Both the position numbers and the translations under genes were made by a program. From an uncultured Solirubrobacteraceae bacterium (GTDB taxonomy: Bacteria > Actinomycetota > Thermoleophilia > Solirubrobacterales > Solirubrobacteraceae), in contig CAWJSW010000007.1 in NCBI GenBank assembly GCA_963845635.1, forward strand, positions 83,655 to 147,654: a stretch of 64,000 bases of DNA, written 5' to 3'. This document shows, piece after piece, positions 40,632 through 48,500 of the stretch. The notes beneath the pieces are model-generated. The model did no database searches. It saw only the letters and a list, made by a program, of their open reading frames with translations, and was not told the origin of the DNA. Every line of letters starts with the position of its first letter. The first letter of the stretch is position 1.

Positions 40632-40881
40632 GTTGGTCGCTCCCGGGCGGATCGCGCGTCCGCAACTTGCTTTCAGTGCGCCGAAGCTGGTTCGCGACAG
40701 ATCAACCATTCCCTCTGTCGCATCAATCTGCACAATCAGCTTAGCGCGCATCTGCTAGCTTCACTTGCAGCGGTCGACCCTCGACCGCGAGGCAGCTCGC
40801 TTGAGTCCCGCAAGACAGCGGTTCGGGTAGGCCATAGCCTCCGAACCGCGCGCAACCGAGCGCGCAGCCCAAGGAGATTTG

Positions 40882-42054
40882 ATGACACAGCAGTCCTTCG
40901 CCGACCTCGGCGTGTCCAGTGCGGTCGCCGGCGCCCTCGCGCGCCGCGGGATCGAGAAGCCGTTCCCGGTCCAGCAGCTCGTACTCGCCGACATTCTCGG
41001 GGGACGTGACGTCCTCGTCAAGTCGCCGACCGGCTCCGGCAAGACGCTCGCCTTCGGGATCCCGCTGGTGGAGCGCATCGAGGCGGGAGCTGCGGCGCCC
41101 ACAGCGCTCGTGCTCGCCCCCACACGCGAGCTCGCTGGCCAGATCGTCGCCGAGCTGGGCGACCTCGCCCGCGCGAAGCGACTGCGCGTCACAGCCGTGT
41201 ACGGCGGCGTCGGGCTGACGGCACAGGCCACCCGGGGCGCGGCCGCGCACATGCTGGTTGCGACTCCGGGGCGTCTGGAGGACCTGCTGGGACGTGGGGC
41301 CTTCACGCTCGAGGCGATCCGGTTCCTGGTGCTGGACGAGGCCGACCGGATGCTCGACATGGGCTTCCGTCCGGCGATCGACCGTATCGTCAAAGCTTGT
41401 CCGCGGGAGCGCCAGACGATGTTCTTCTCGGCGACGCTCGATGGGCTCGCGGGGGATGTTGCGAGGCTGTACACCAGATCCGCCGTCAGGCACGAGAGCG
41501 GCACGCCGGGCGTATCTGCGACGACGCAGGTCGAGCACCGCTTCGTCGCCGTCGAGGGCAACCGCCGCGTGGATGCGCTGATGACGGAGCTGGGCCAGAC
41601 GCGAGAGCGAACGCTGGTGTTCGTACGGACCAAGCGTGGGGCGGACCGCCTGGTCAAGCGACTGGGCGCGGGCGGGGTGCAGGCGCTGGCGATCCACGGC
41701 AACAAGTCCCAGCGCCAGCGCGAGCAAGCGCTGTCGCGCTTTCAGTCTGGGCGAGTGGACACGTTGGTGGCGACTGATGTGGCGGCGCGCGGGATCGACG
41801 TGGACGGCGTCTCGCACGTGATCAACTTCGACCCGCCCGAGGACCATCAGGCGTACATACACCGCATCGGGCGCACGGGACGCGCTGGGCACCGCGGGAT
41901 CGGCATCACGTTCGTCGGCCCGGAGGATCGTGAGGAAATGAGCAAGCTTGCGGGCCGTCTCGGCCTGCGCCACGAGTTCACCGGGGGCACGGGCCTGCGC
42001 TCCGAGCACGGCGCCCGCGCGCGCAGGCGAAACGGGCGCCGCCGAGCTGCCTGA
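40882..42054 (+). CDS. DEAD-box RNA helicase (RhlE-like)
   Basis: Q motif FADLG, SPTGSGKT, PTRELA, TPGRL, DEAD, SAT, ARGID and HRIGRTGR; AAGGAG upstream. Confidence 0.93.
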   Translation: MTQQSFADLGVSSAVAGALARRGIEKPFPVQQLVLADILGGRDVLVKSPTGSGKTLAFGIPLVERIEAGAAAPTALVLAPTRELAGQIVAELGDLARAKRLRVTAVYGGVGLTAQATRGAAAHMLVATPGRLEDLLGRGAFTLEAIRFLVLDEADRMLDMGFRPAIDRIVKACPRERQTMFFSATLDGLAGDVARLYTRSAVRHESGTPGVSATTQVEHRFVAVEGNRRVDALMTELGQTRERTLVFVRTKRGADRLVKRLGAGGVQALAIHGNKSQRQREQALSRFQSGRVDTLVATDVAARGIDVDGVSHVINFDPPEDHQAYIHRIGRTGRAGHRGIGITFVGPEDREEMSKLAGRLGLRHEFTGGTGLRSEHGARARRRNGRRRAA

Positions 42055-42080
42055 GCTCGCCTTCGCGGCGCCGCGAGCAG

Positions 42081-42330
42081 ATGCGCGCGCGATACGGTCC
42101 GTGTCACCTTCACAACTTCAACGCGCGCTCGTTTGACTTCTTCGACGCGAGCAAGCTGAAAGCGTCAGCGGCCAAGGGCAGCGACGTTGCTTTTCGACGT
42201 GTGTAGGCCGATTACCGGTACCTGAGCTACATGGGCCTGCTGCCGCGAGCCGGGCGCACGTGGGCGCGACGTCACCTGTTCAACGTCGTGCGCGACTTGG
42301 ACATCGCGCCGCGGCATGCGCGGTCGTTCG
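42081..42330 (+). pseudogene. Possible degraded coding remnant (methyltransferase-like C-terminal segment)
   Basis: Protein-like frame GPCHLHNFNARSFDFFD...[12 protein letters not shown] with an internal TAG at 42204; the family guess is from memory only. Confidence 0.3.
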
Positions 42331-42363
42331 TTGCGCGCGCAACTACCGCGCTATGCTGGTTGC

Positions 42364-43437
42364 GTGGAACTCGGGCTGGCGACGTTCGCGGACCTGGCAA
42401 GCGGGATCAGCCCGCGCCAGCGCATGCGCGAGCTGATCGAGGAGGCGGAGCTGGCCGACCAGCTGGGGCTCGACGTGTTCGCGATCGGCGAGCACCACCG
42501 GCCCGATTTCCTGGTGTCCTCGCCAGCCGTGGTGCTGGCGGCGGCGGCGGTCAGGACCGAGCGCATCCGCCTGTCGAGCGCGGTCACCGTGTTGAGCTCC
42601 GATGACCCGGTCCGCGTGTTCCAGCAGTTCGCGGAGGTTGACCTCCTGTCCAACGGTCGCGCCGAGATCATGGCCGGGCGTGGGTCGTTCATCGAGTCCT
42701 TCCCGCTGTTCGGTTACGACCTGGACGACTACGACGAGCTGTATGCGGAGAAGCTCGATCTGCTGCTCCAGCTTCGTGAGCAGAACCCCGTGACCTGGTC
42801 AGGCAAGCACCGCCCGCCGCTGGCCGACGCGGGGGTATGGCCGCGACCGCTCCAGCAACCGCTTCCCGTATGGGTCGCGGTCGGGGGCTCGCCGCAGTCC
42901 GTGGCTCGGGCGGGGACGCTGGGGCTGCCCCTGACGATCGCGATCATCGGCGGCCAGCCGGAGCGGTTCGTGGGGCTGGTCGAGCTCTACCGCGAGGCGC
43001 TTGCCCGAGCGGGACACGAGCCCTCCCGGGGGCGGCTGGGGATCAACACCCACGCCTTCGTCGGCGCCAGCTCCGCGCAGGCCGACTCGGCGTTCGCGGC
43101 GCCGTATCTGGCGATGATGAACCGCATCGGGCGAGAGCGGGGCTGGCCGCCGTCGGGGCGAGCAGAGTACGAAGCGCTGCGCTCGCCGCAGGGCGCGCTG
43201 GCGGTGGGCTCACCAGAGCAGGTAGCCGAGAAGATCGTCTTTGAGCATGGGCTGTTCGGGCACGATCGCTACATCGCCCAGATGAGCGTCGGCGCGGTCG
43301 CCCACCGCGACGTGCTGAGCTCGATGGAGCTGTTTGGGACGCGGGTCGCGCCGCTCGTGCGCGAGGAGCTCGCCCGACGAGAGACAGGCGCGGATCAGCC
43401 CTCCGCAAGCGCAGGCCGTGTATTCAGCGCCGACTAG
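42364..43437 (+). CDS. LLM class flavin-dependent oxidoreductase
   Basis: [37 protein letters not shown] and [13 protein letters not shown] motifs. Confidence 0.92.
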   Translation: MELGLATFADLASGISPRQRMRELIEEAELADQLGLDVFAIGEHHRPDFLVSSPAVVLAAAAVRTERIRLSSAVTVLSSDDPVRVFQQFAEVDLLSNGRAEIMAGRGSFIESFPLFGYDLDDYDELYAEKLDLLLQLREQNPVTWSGKHRPPLADAGVWPRPLQQPLPVWVAVGGSPQSVARAGTLGLPLTIAIIGGQPERFVGLVELYREALARAGHEPSRGRLGINTHAFVGASSAQADSAFAAPYLAMMNRIGRERGWPPSGRAEYEALRSPQGALAVGSPEQVAEKIVFEHGLFGHDRYIAQMSVGAVAHRDVLSSMELFGTRVAPLVREELARRETGADQPSASAGRVFSAD

Positions 43438-43567
43438 CGCGGGGCGCTGCTCGGCGCAAGACCGGGCGCCGATGGGGGCTGACTCGTACATCCGTCCAGA
43501 AAAGCGGCCGCAGGCGCACTTCCCTTCCATCGCGGCAGGGCAACCCGCACACTCAGCCTCCGATCAA

Positions 43568-43650
43568 CCAGACTGCAAGGGCAAACCCGTCGCGAGGCGG
43601 GGGCGCAAAGTCAGGGGTCTCGCCGAGACGGCCCGGCTGCCAGCCAAGCA
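43568..43650 (+). ncRNA. c-di-GMP-I (GEMM-I) riboswitch
   Basis: AAGGGCAAA-CCCGUC-GCGA-GGCGGG-GGCGCAAAG-UCAGGGGUCU...GAGAC-GGCCCGGCUGCC matches the GEMM-I core (GNRA-capped P2, GCAAAG junction, P3); AAGGAGG follows immediately. Confidence 0.88.
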
Positions 43651-43661
43651 AGGAGGCCGCC

Positions 43662-44180
43662 GTGATGCTGACGCCGTCGAACCCGTCGAACCCCACGATC
43701 GCTGGCGCGACGCACGGTCGCACGCACGCGGGGCAGCGCTTGGCGCGACGCGCAAGCGAGAACGACGGCCTCAGCCTGCTGGAACTTCTCGTCGTGGTCC
43801 TGATCATCGGCATCCTCGCCGCGATCGCGATCCCGTCCCTTCTGAGCACGACCAACAGCGCCAACGACGTGCAGGCGAAGGAACTCGTGAAGACGGCTGA
43901 GACGGCCGCGGAGGTGCTCGGGACCGAGCACGAAAACTACCTGTCCGTCACGCCGACGGAACTGGCCGCGGAGGAACCGGCGATCTCGAGCACGCCCAGC
44001 AAACAGCACGCCTATCTCAGCAGCGCGACGCCGGGCGAAAACGAATACTCGGTCACCGCGACGGCCACCGACGGCGACGAACTGACGGTCGCCATGAGCG
44101 CCACGGGGACGGTCACCCGCAGCTGCTACAGCCCGATCCTCAAAACAGGCTGCGACGGAGGCGAAAGCTCGAGCTGGTAG
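43662..44180 (+). CDS. Type IV pilin-like protein (class III signal peptide)
   Basis: ENDG|LSLLELLVVVLIIGILAAIAIP with G-1 and E+5; C-terminal Cys pair RSC...GC...W. Confidence 0.88.
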   Translation: MMLTPSNPSNPTIAGATHGRTHAGQRLARRASENDGLSLLELLVVVLIIGILAAIAIPSLLSTTNSANDVQAKELVKTAETAAEVLGTEHENYLSVTPTELAAEEPAISSTPSKQHAYLSSATPGENEYSVTATATDGDELTVAMSATGTVTRSCYSPILKTGCDGGESSSW

Positions 44181-44302
44181 CGACCTTGGGGGAGACAGGC
44201 GCGGGCCACGGATGGACCGCGCGTCAAGGATCGGCGGCCCACGGATGGAAGCCGCTGAGGGGCTGAGCTCCCACGGAAGGAGAGCCGCCCCGGGGGAAAC
44301 GC

Positions 44303-44339
44303 CGGATCCCGCGGGCGCGAAGGGCGCCTGCGGGATCCG
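44303..44339. repeat. 16-bp GC-rich inverted repeat abutting the tandem array
   Basis: CGGATCCCGCGGGCGC-gaagg-GCGCCTGCGGGATCCG, with one G-T pair. Confidence 0.7.
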
Positions 44340-44448
44340 TGCGTGTTGCCCAGCTGTGCGGTGCGTGTTGCCCAGCTGTGCGGTGCGTGTTGCCCAGCTG
44401 TGCGGTGCGTGTTGCCCAGCTGTGCGGTGCGTGTTGCCCAGCTGTGCG
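44339..44448. repeat. Five perfect tandem copies of a 22-bp unit
   Basis: GTGCGTGTTGCCCAGCTGTGCG at 44339, 44361, 44383, 44405 and 44427; no spacers. Confidence 0.95.
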
Positions 44449-44542
44449 CCCGACGGCCTTCCCCGGCGCCGTGGGCATAGTATCTCCGTCCCGATCAAGA
44501 CCCAGCGAGACCAATCTCGAGGACTGCCGCGTCATACCCACC

Positions 44543-44671
44543 ATGAGGCTTCTGCACAAACACAAATGGAGTGAGTGGGAGCGAGCTTGGGGCAAAGGCA
44601 GCGCGAAAGGCTACGTTCTCGAGCGCAAATGCGTGACCTGCGGCAAGGTCCAGACGAAGGTCATTCGGTGA
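44543..44671 (+). CDS. 42-aa microprotein with HxH...CxxC, a putative zinc binder
   Basis: MRLLHKHKWSEWERAWGKGSAKGYVLERKCVTCGKVQTKVIR; TAGTAT -10-like box at about 44478. Confidence 0.55.
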   Translation: MRLLHKHKWSEWERAWGKGSAKGYVLERKCVTCGKVQTKVIR

Positions 44672-44759
44672 GCCTCGATTCCTGAGGGTGAAAGACATTG
44701 ACTCGCCGTGCGGGCATGAGGCGCTACGGTGTCGACCCAGGCGACGTCGGGATGGCCGG

Positions 44760-45211
44760 ATGAAAATCAACAGAGGATGGGTTGCGGCGGTGCTGATAGT
44801 CGGCGGGTTCGCGGTGTACGCCCCGGCCGAGGCTGCGGCGGACGCCCGCGCCCCTCAGGTGCGAGCGCTCTACCGTAAGGTGCTCACCGCCGAGTACTTC
44901 GGACCAGCGAGCGCAGTGTGCTCCAGCCTCACCGCCGCGGGGGTGCGCTCGTTCACCGGCGGTCGCGGGAGCTGCACACGTACGTTCGACGAACAGCAGC
45001 ACGTGCTCGAGCACAAGACCCCGGCGATGATGACTCCGGGCTGAGCCCGAGCGCCTGGCGGGCGCTCGTGAGCAGCTTCATGGCGCACCTGACGGTGACG
45101 ATCAAGGGATCGAGGGCGACCGCCACCGCGCAGTACGGGCTCGGTGCGACCACGCTCACGAGGGTGAAGGGGCAGTGGCTGTTCGACGTCTGTCCGTCCG
45201 TCCAGTCCTAG
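44760..45211 (+). pseudogene. Secreted protein gene split by a frameshift at about 45020
   Basis: Signal peptide and VCSSLT...SC in frame 1; continues as DDDSGLSPSAWRALV...GQWLFD in another frame across a C-run. Confidence 0.6.
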
Positions 45212-45356
45212 CCGGGATTCGACTTGCCGATTGGAACTCGCTGGGCTCGAAGTCCGCGTTCCCGCGTCGCAGCGCACAGCGATGCAGGCGCCCGGGATCG
45301 CGTGATCGGCATCGAGCGTATATGGTCGAGAAAATCGGCGATTCAGGGAGGCGGCA

Positions 45357-45602
45357 ATGGGCCTACTCGACAAGGTCAAGGCGCAGGCGGAGCAGACGGC
45401 AGCTAAGGCGCGCGAGGGCGTTGAGGACGTACAGGCCAAACGCGAACTGAGCCAGGCCTACACCGACCTCGGCAAGGTGGCGTTCGGGCTCGTCCAGAGC
45501 GGCGAGATCTCCCACGCCGAGCTCGCATCGCCGGTTGAACGCATCGAGCAGCTGAACGCCGGTCTCGCGGCCGAGCCAGAAGCAGAGCCGAGCGCGAGCT
45601 GA
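45357..45602 (+). CDS. Small helical hypothetical protein (81 aa)
   Basis: GGGAGG Shine-Dalgarno site and TATGGT box upstream; MGLLDKVKAQAEQ... Confidence 0.75.
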   Translation: MGLLDKVKAQAEQTAAKAREGVEDVQAKRELSQAYTDLGKVAFGLVQSGEISHAELASPVERIEQLNAGLAAEPEAEPSAS

Positions 45603-45664
45603 CCCTATCGGCCGGCGTGCGCGCTCCGGCTTGCAAGGCACCCAGCTCCCCCAGAGCAGACAAG

Positions 45665-46276
45665 ATGCGACCAGACATCAGCGTCGGCGAGCTGTTCCCT
45701 GACTACAGACTCAGCGACCACACCGGGACCGTCCGCTCGATCTCCGAGATTCAGCGCACGCTGCCGATGGTGCTGCACCTCGCCCGCGGTGGCTATGACC
45801 CGAAGGAGCACAGGTTCCTGCGCCACCTAGTCGACAACTATCTCGACTTCAAGCTTGCGTACACGCGCATCTGCGTGATCACGAAGGACAACCAACTCGA
45901 CATCAACGAGTTCCGCGACGCGCTCGGCGCTGAGTGGCCGTTCCTCAGCGACCCCGACCACACAGTTCAGCGCGACCTCGACATCAAGGAGTACACCGAC
46001 CCGCACGACCCGATGGTCCCGCACACGTTCGTGCTCGAGCCGGGTCTGCGCATCTTCAAGATCTACAACGGCTACTGGTACTGGGGACGGCCCACGATCG
46101 GTGAGCTCCACCAGGACCTGCGCGCAGTGCTCCAAAAGACCAGGGTCGACTTCGATCTCCACGCTCCCGGTCTGCTCGAGGCTTGGGAACGCGGCGACCG
46201 CGACCAGTTCCTCGTCGAAAGCATCGAGCCCGCGATCCGCAATACGGAGGGCACGAGCGTCGGCATCAAACGCTGA
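45665..46276 (+). CDS. Redoxin/AhpC-TSA fold protein lacking the usual active-site Cys
   Basis: FPDYRLSDHTG, ARGGYDPKE, WPFLSDP, PHTFVLEPGL and GYWYWGRP. Confidence 0.8.
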   Translation: MRPDISVGELFPDYRLSDHTGTVRSISEIQRTLPMVLHLARGGYDPKEHRFLRHLVDNYLDFKLAYTRICVITKDNQLDINEFRDALGAEWPFLSDPDHTVQRDLDIKEYTDPHDPMVPHTFVLEPGLRIFKIYNGYWYWGRPTIGELHQDLRAVLQKTRVDFDLHAPGLLEAWERGDRDQFLVESIEPAIRNTEGTSVGIKR

Positions 46277-46327
46277 GTGGTCGCGGACGAGCACACTCGA
46301 CCGAAACGAGGCGACACGAACAAGCTC

Positions 46328-47515
46328 TCAAGCGGCGTCGGTCAGAGCCGCGAACGGGAGCAGGCGCAGGGCGAGCTCCAGCTCGAAGCGGCCGTCGGGG
46401 TTATCGATTGCATCGCCAAACAGCTCGCGCAGCCTGGCCATGCGGTAGCGCACGGTCTGCGGGTGGACCTCGAGGACGCGCGCAATCGTCTTGCGTTGGC
46501 CGGGATTCTGGAGCCAGGCCCGCAGCGTCAAAGTGAGGTTCGTCCGCGTCTTGGCACCACGGACAGCCTCGAGCGGGTTCAGCCGCCGGTGGGCGAGCTC
46601 CTGAGCAAGCTGGGGCTCGGCACACAAGAGCAGCGCGAGATCATGATCGTCGGCCTGAACGAGTGGCCCACCCTCCACGAGCCCGAGGTGCACGAGCCTG
46701 AACAGCGCGCGCGCCCGCGTGAGGCTGCTCGCGGCGCTCTCCACAGGCACGCGGGAGCCGAGCGCGAGCTGCGCGCCGGCGTGCTCGGCCGCGAGCGCAA
46801 GCTGGCGTAGGCGAGCCGCTGGGCCGGGGTCGAAGATGACCCCGGCGAACTCGCCCGCCCGAGGCTCCAGCAGGAACGGCTCGCGGCCCGAGCGCGCGAA
46901 CTGCTCATAATGCTCGGCCGCGCCAACGAAGAACGCGAGCATCGAGCCGAGCTCGATCCCGGCGGCGCGCGCGGCGACCTCGAGCACGTCGCGGTCGAGT
47001 TTTGGCTCGCGCAGCAGCAGGCGCAGGAGCTCGTTGCGCCGCGAGTGTGTGGCGCCGGATCTATGGGATTGCTCGTCCGCGTATCCAGCGGCCGCCTGTG
47101 TGGAGAGCTCCTCCACGTAGCCGAAGCCGGTCTCCGCCAGCCGGTACAGATACCGGGGCTCTATGCCCTGCGCCGCGCCAACCTCGGTCAGTCGCCGCCA
47201 CGCCGTCTGGCCGGCGATGCGGTAGAAGCCCATCAGCTCGTCGAGGCTCCGCGCCGCGCGAGCCTGGGCTCGTCCCAGCTCGAAGTGCAGATCGGTGTCC
47301 GCCGACGGGTTCGTTGTCGCGAACCAGCGATCGACGGCATCGGTGAGGCCGATCCTGAGATTCCTCTCGAGCGCGTCCGCAGCGTGGCCGGAGCCCTGAG
47401 CCTGGCTTCCAATCGCGGCGATCGCGGCCTCCACGATCAGCGGCACCGCCGGCGTCAGCGCGGCACGAAAGCTCGCCGGAAGTTCCTCCGCCTCAGTGAG
47501 CGAGGGTTTGTCCAT
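46328..47515 (-). CDS. PucR/CdaR family transcriptional regulator
   Basis: C-terminal HTH TLRAWL...ARVLEVHPQTVRYRMARLRELFG. Confidence 0.88.
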   Translation of the reverse strand: MDKPSLTEAEELPASFRAALTPAVPLIVEAAIAAIGSQAQGSGHAADALERNLRIGLTDAVDRWFATTNPSADTDLHFELGRAQARAARSLDELMGFYRIAGQTAWRRLTEVGAAQGIEPRYLYRLAETGFGYVEELSTQAAAGYADEQSHRSGATHSRRNELLRLLLREPKLDRDVLEVAARAAGIELGSMLAFFVGAAEHYEQFARSGREPFLLEPRAGEFAGVIFDPGPAARLRQLALAAEHAGAQLALGSRVPVESAASSLTRARALFRLVHLGLVEGGPLVQADDHDLALLLCAEPQLAQELAHRRLNPLEAVRGAKTRTNLTLTLRAWLQNPGQRKTIARVLEVHPQTVRYRMARLRELFGDAIDNPDGRFELELALRLLPFAALTDAA

Positions 47516-47603
47516 AGCTAACAAGATCAGCCGGCTTCACCGCGTCATCGCCCGAGCGACACTACAGGACTTGGCTCGCTGCAAGCAGTGGGCGTCGGAG
47601 GGT

Positions 47604-47634
47604 GGGGCAGCCCGGACGTGCGCCGGGCTGCCCC
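47604..47634 (-). terminator. 12-bp perfect hairpin downstream of the SGNH gene
   Basis: GGGGCAGCCCGG-acgtgcg-CCGGGCTGCCCC; no U-tract. Confidence 0.55.
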
Positions 47635-47691
47635 CGCTCAACTCAGCCGTATCGCTCACGCGGCCTTCGCGAGACCGGGTGGGTGGCCCCG

Positions 47692-48468
47692 TTAGATCGC
47701 CGCCTCCACGAGCTTGGCGAACTCTTCCTGGCCTTTGGTGTTCGGGTGGTAGCTTTCCCCGAGCGGATCGGACTCACCGTTCAGCCATTCCGAGGACGAG
47801 CAGACCTCGTGGGATTCATAGGCGCTCGTGGGGTTGACGAAGGTGAATTTCAACGCTTCAGCGCGCGCCTTGATCACGGCGTCTAGTTTTTCTGCCGATT
47901 CGTTGATTTTCTTCTCGTTGCCCGAGGTGAGGGTGTTGACGCCGCACGTCGCGCCTTCCTTGGTGAACAGCTTCGGATACCCCAATACGATCACCTGCGC
48001 TGTCGTCGCCTTGGCGCGTATGTCTTTGTATGTTGTTTCCAGCGCCGCCGGCAAGCTGTTTTTGATGTACTTGTCGGCTTCTTCGATCGCTTCGCCGCAC
48101 CAGAAGTAATATACGGCGCATTCTTCCATCACTGTGCCGAAGCCGGCGTCGTTGCCGCCGATCGTGATCGTCACCAGCGCGGTGCTGGTGCTCAGCGTGC
48201 CAAGCTGTTTTTCGTTCACTTCTTTGGTCTTCGCACCCGCGCAAGCCTCGAAGCTGAACGTGTAGCTCTTGGCCGCCGCGACCAGTGGTCCGTACGCATA
48301 CGGGCTACGCTTGCATTCACCTGATTCTTCGTAGAACACCCTCGACCCCACCCCCGAGGAGTAGGAATCACCGAGCGCCACGTACTGCGACGCCGCCGCT
48401 GGGGCCGCCGACACCAGCACCCCGGCGAGTACCGCCACGAAACCGACGATGCGGGTTCGTTTGCTCAT
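47692..48468 (-). CDS. Secreted SGNH/GDSL lipase
   Basis: Signal peptide; YVALGDSYSSG, ACAGA, TIGGNDAGF and SYHPN blocks; AGAGGAG upstream. Confidence 0.92.
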   Translation of the reverse strand: MSKRTRIVGFVAVLAGVLVSAAPAAASQYVALGDSYSSGVGSRVFYEESGECKRSPYAYGPLVAAAKSYTFSFEACAGAKTKEVNEKQLGTLSTSTALVTITIGGNDAGFGTVMEECAVYYFWCGEAIEEADKYIKNSLPAALETTYKDIRAKATTAQVIVLGYPKLFTKEGATCGVNTLTSGNEKKINESAEKLDAVIKARAEALKFTFVNPTSAYESHEVCSSSEWLNGESDPLGESYHPNTKGQEEFAKLVEAAI

Positions 48469-48500
48469 TTGCTCTCCTCTTCCCTGGAATGTCGCTCTAG

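Noticed and set aside
43568-43650. 3'3'-cGAMP (GEMM-Ib) riboswitch
   Set aside because: The discriminating position equivalent to Vc2 nucleotide 20 is G, not A.
43662-44180. Reassignment of GAA to another amino acid
   Set aside because: GAA encodes conserved Glu positions (pilin E+5; tkt SQEAAS and LFEAQ), so wholesale recoding is unlikely.
44339-44448. CRISPR array
   Set aside because: The repeats are directly adjacent with no unique spacers, and no cas genes are present in the window.
44224-44671. Repeat-encoded ORFs across the 22-bp array (track ORFs 44212, 44224, 44339 and 43611)
   Set aside because: The period is not a multiple of 3, there is no SD or codon bias, and the peptides are artefacts of the DNA repeat.
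45790-45805. Selenocysteine in the redoxin active site
   Set aside because: The codon is GAC, not TGA.
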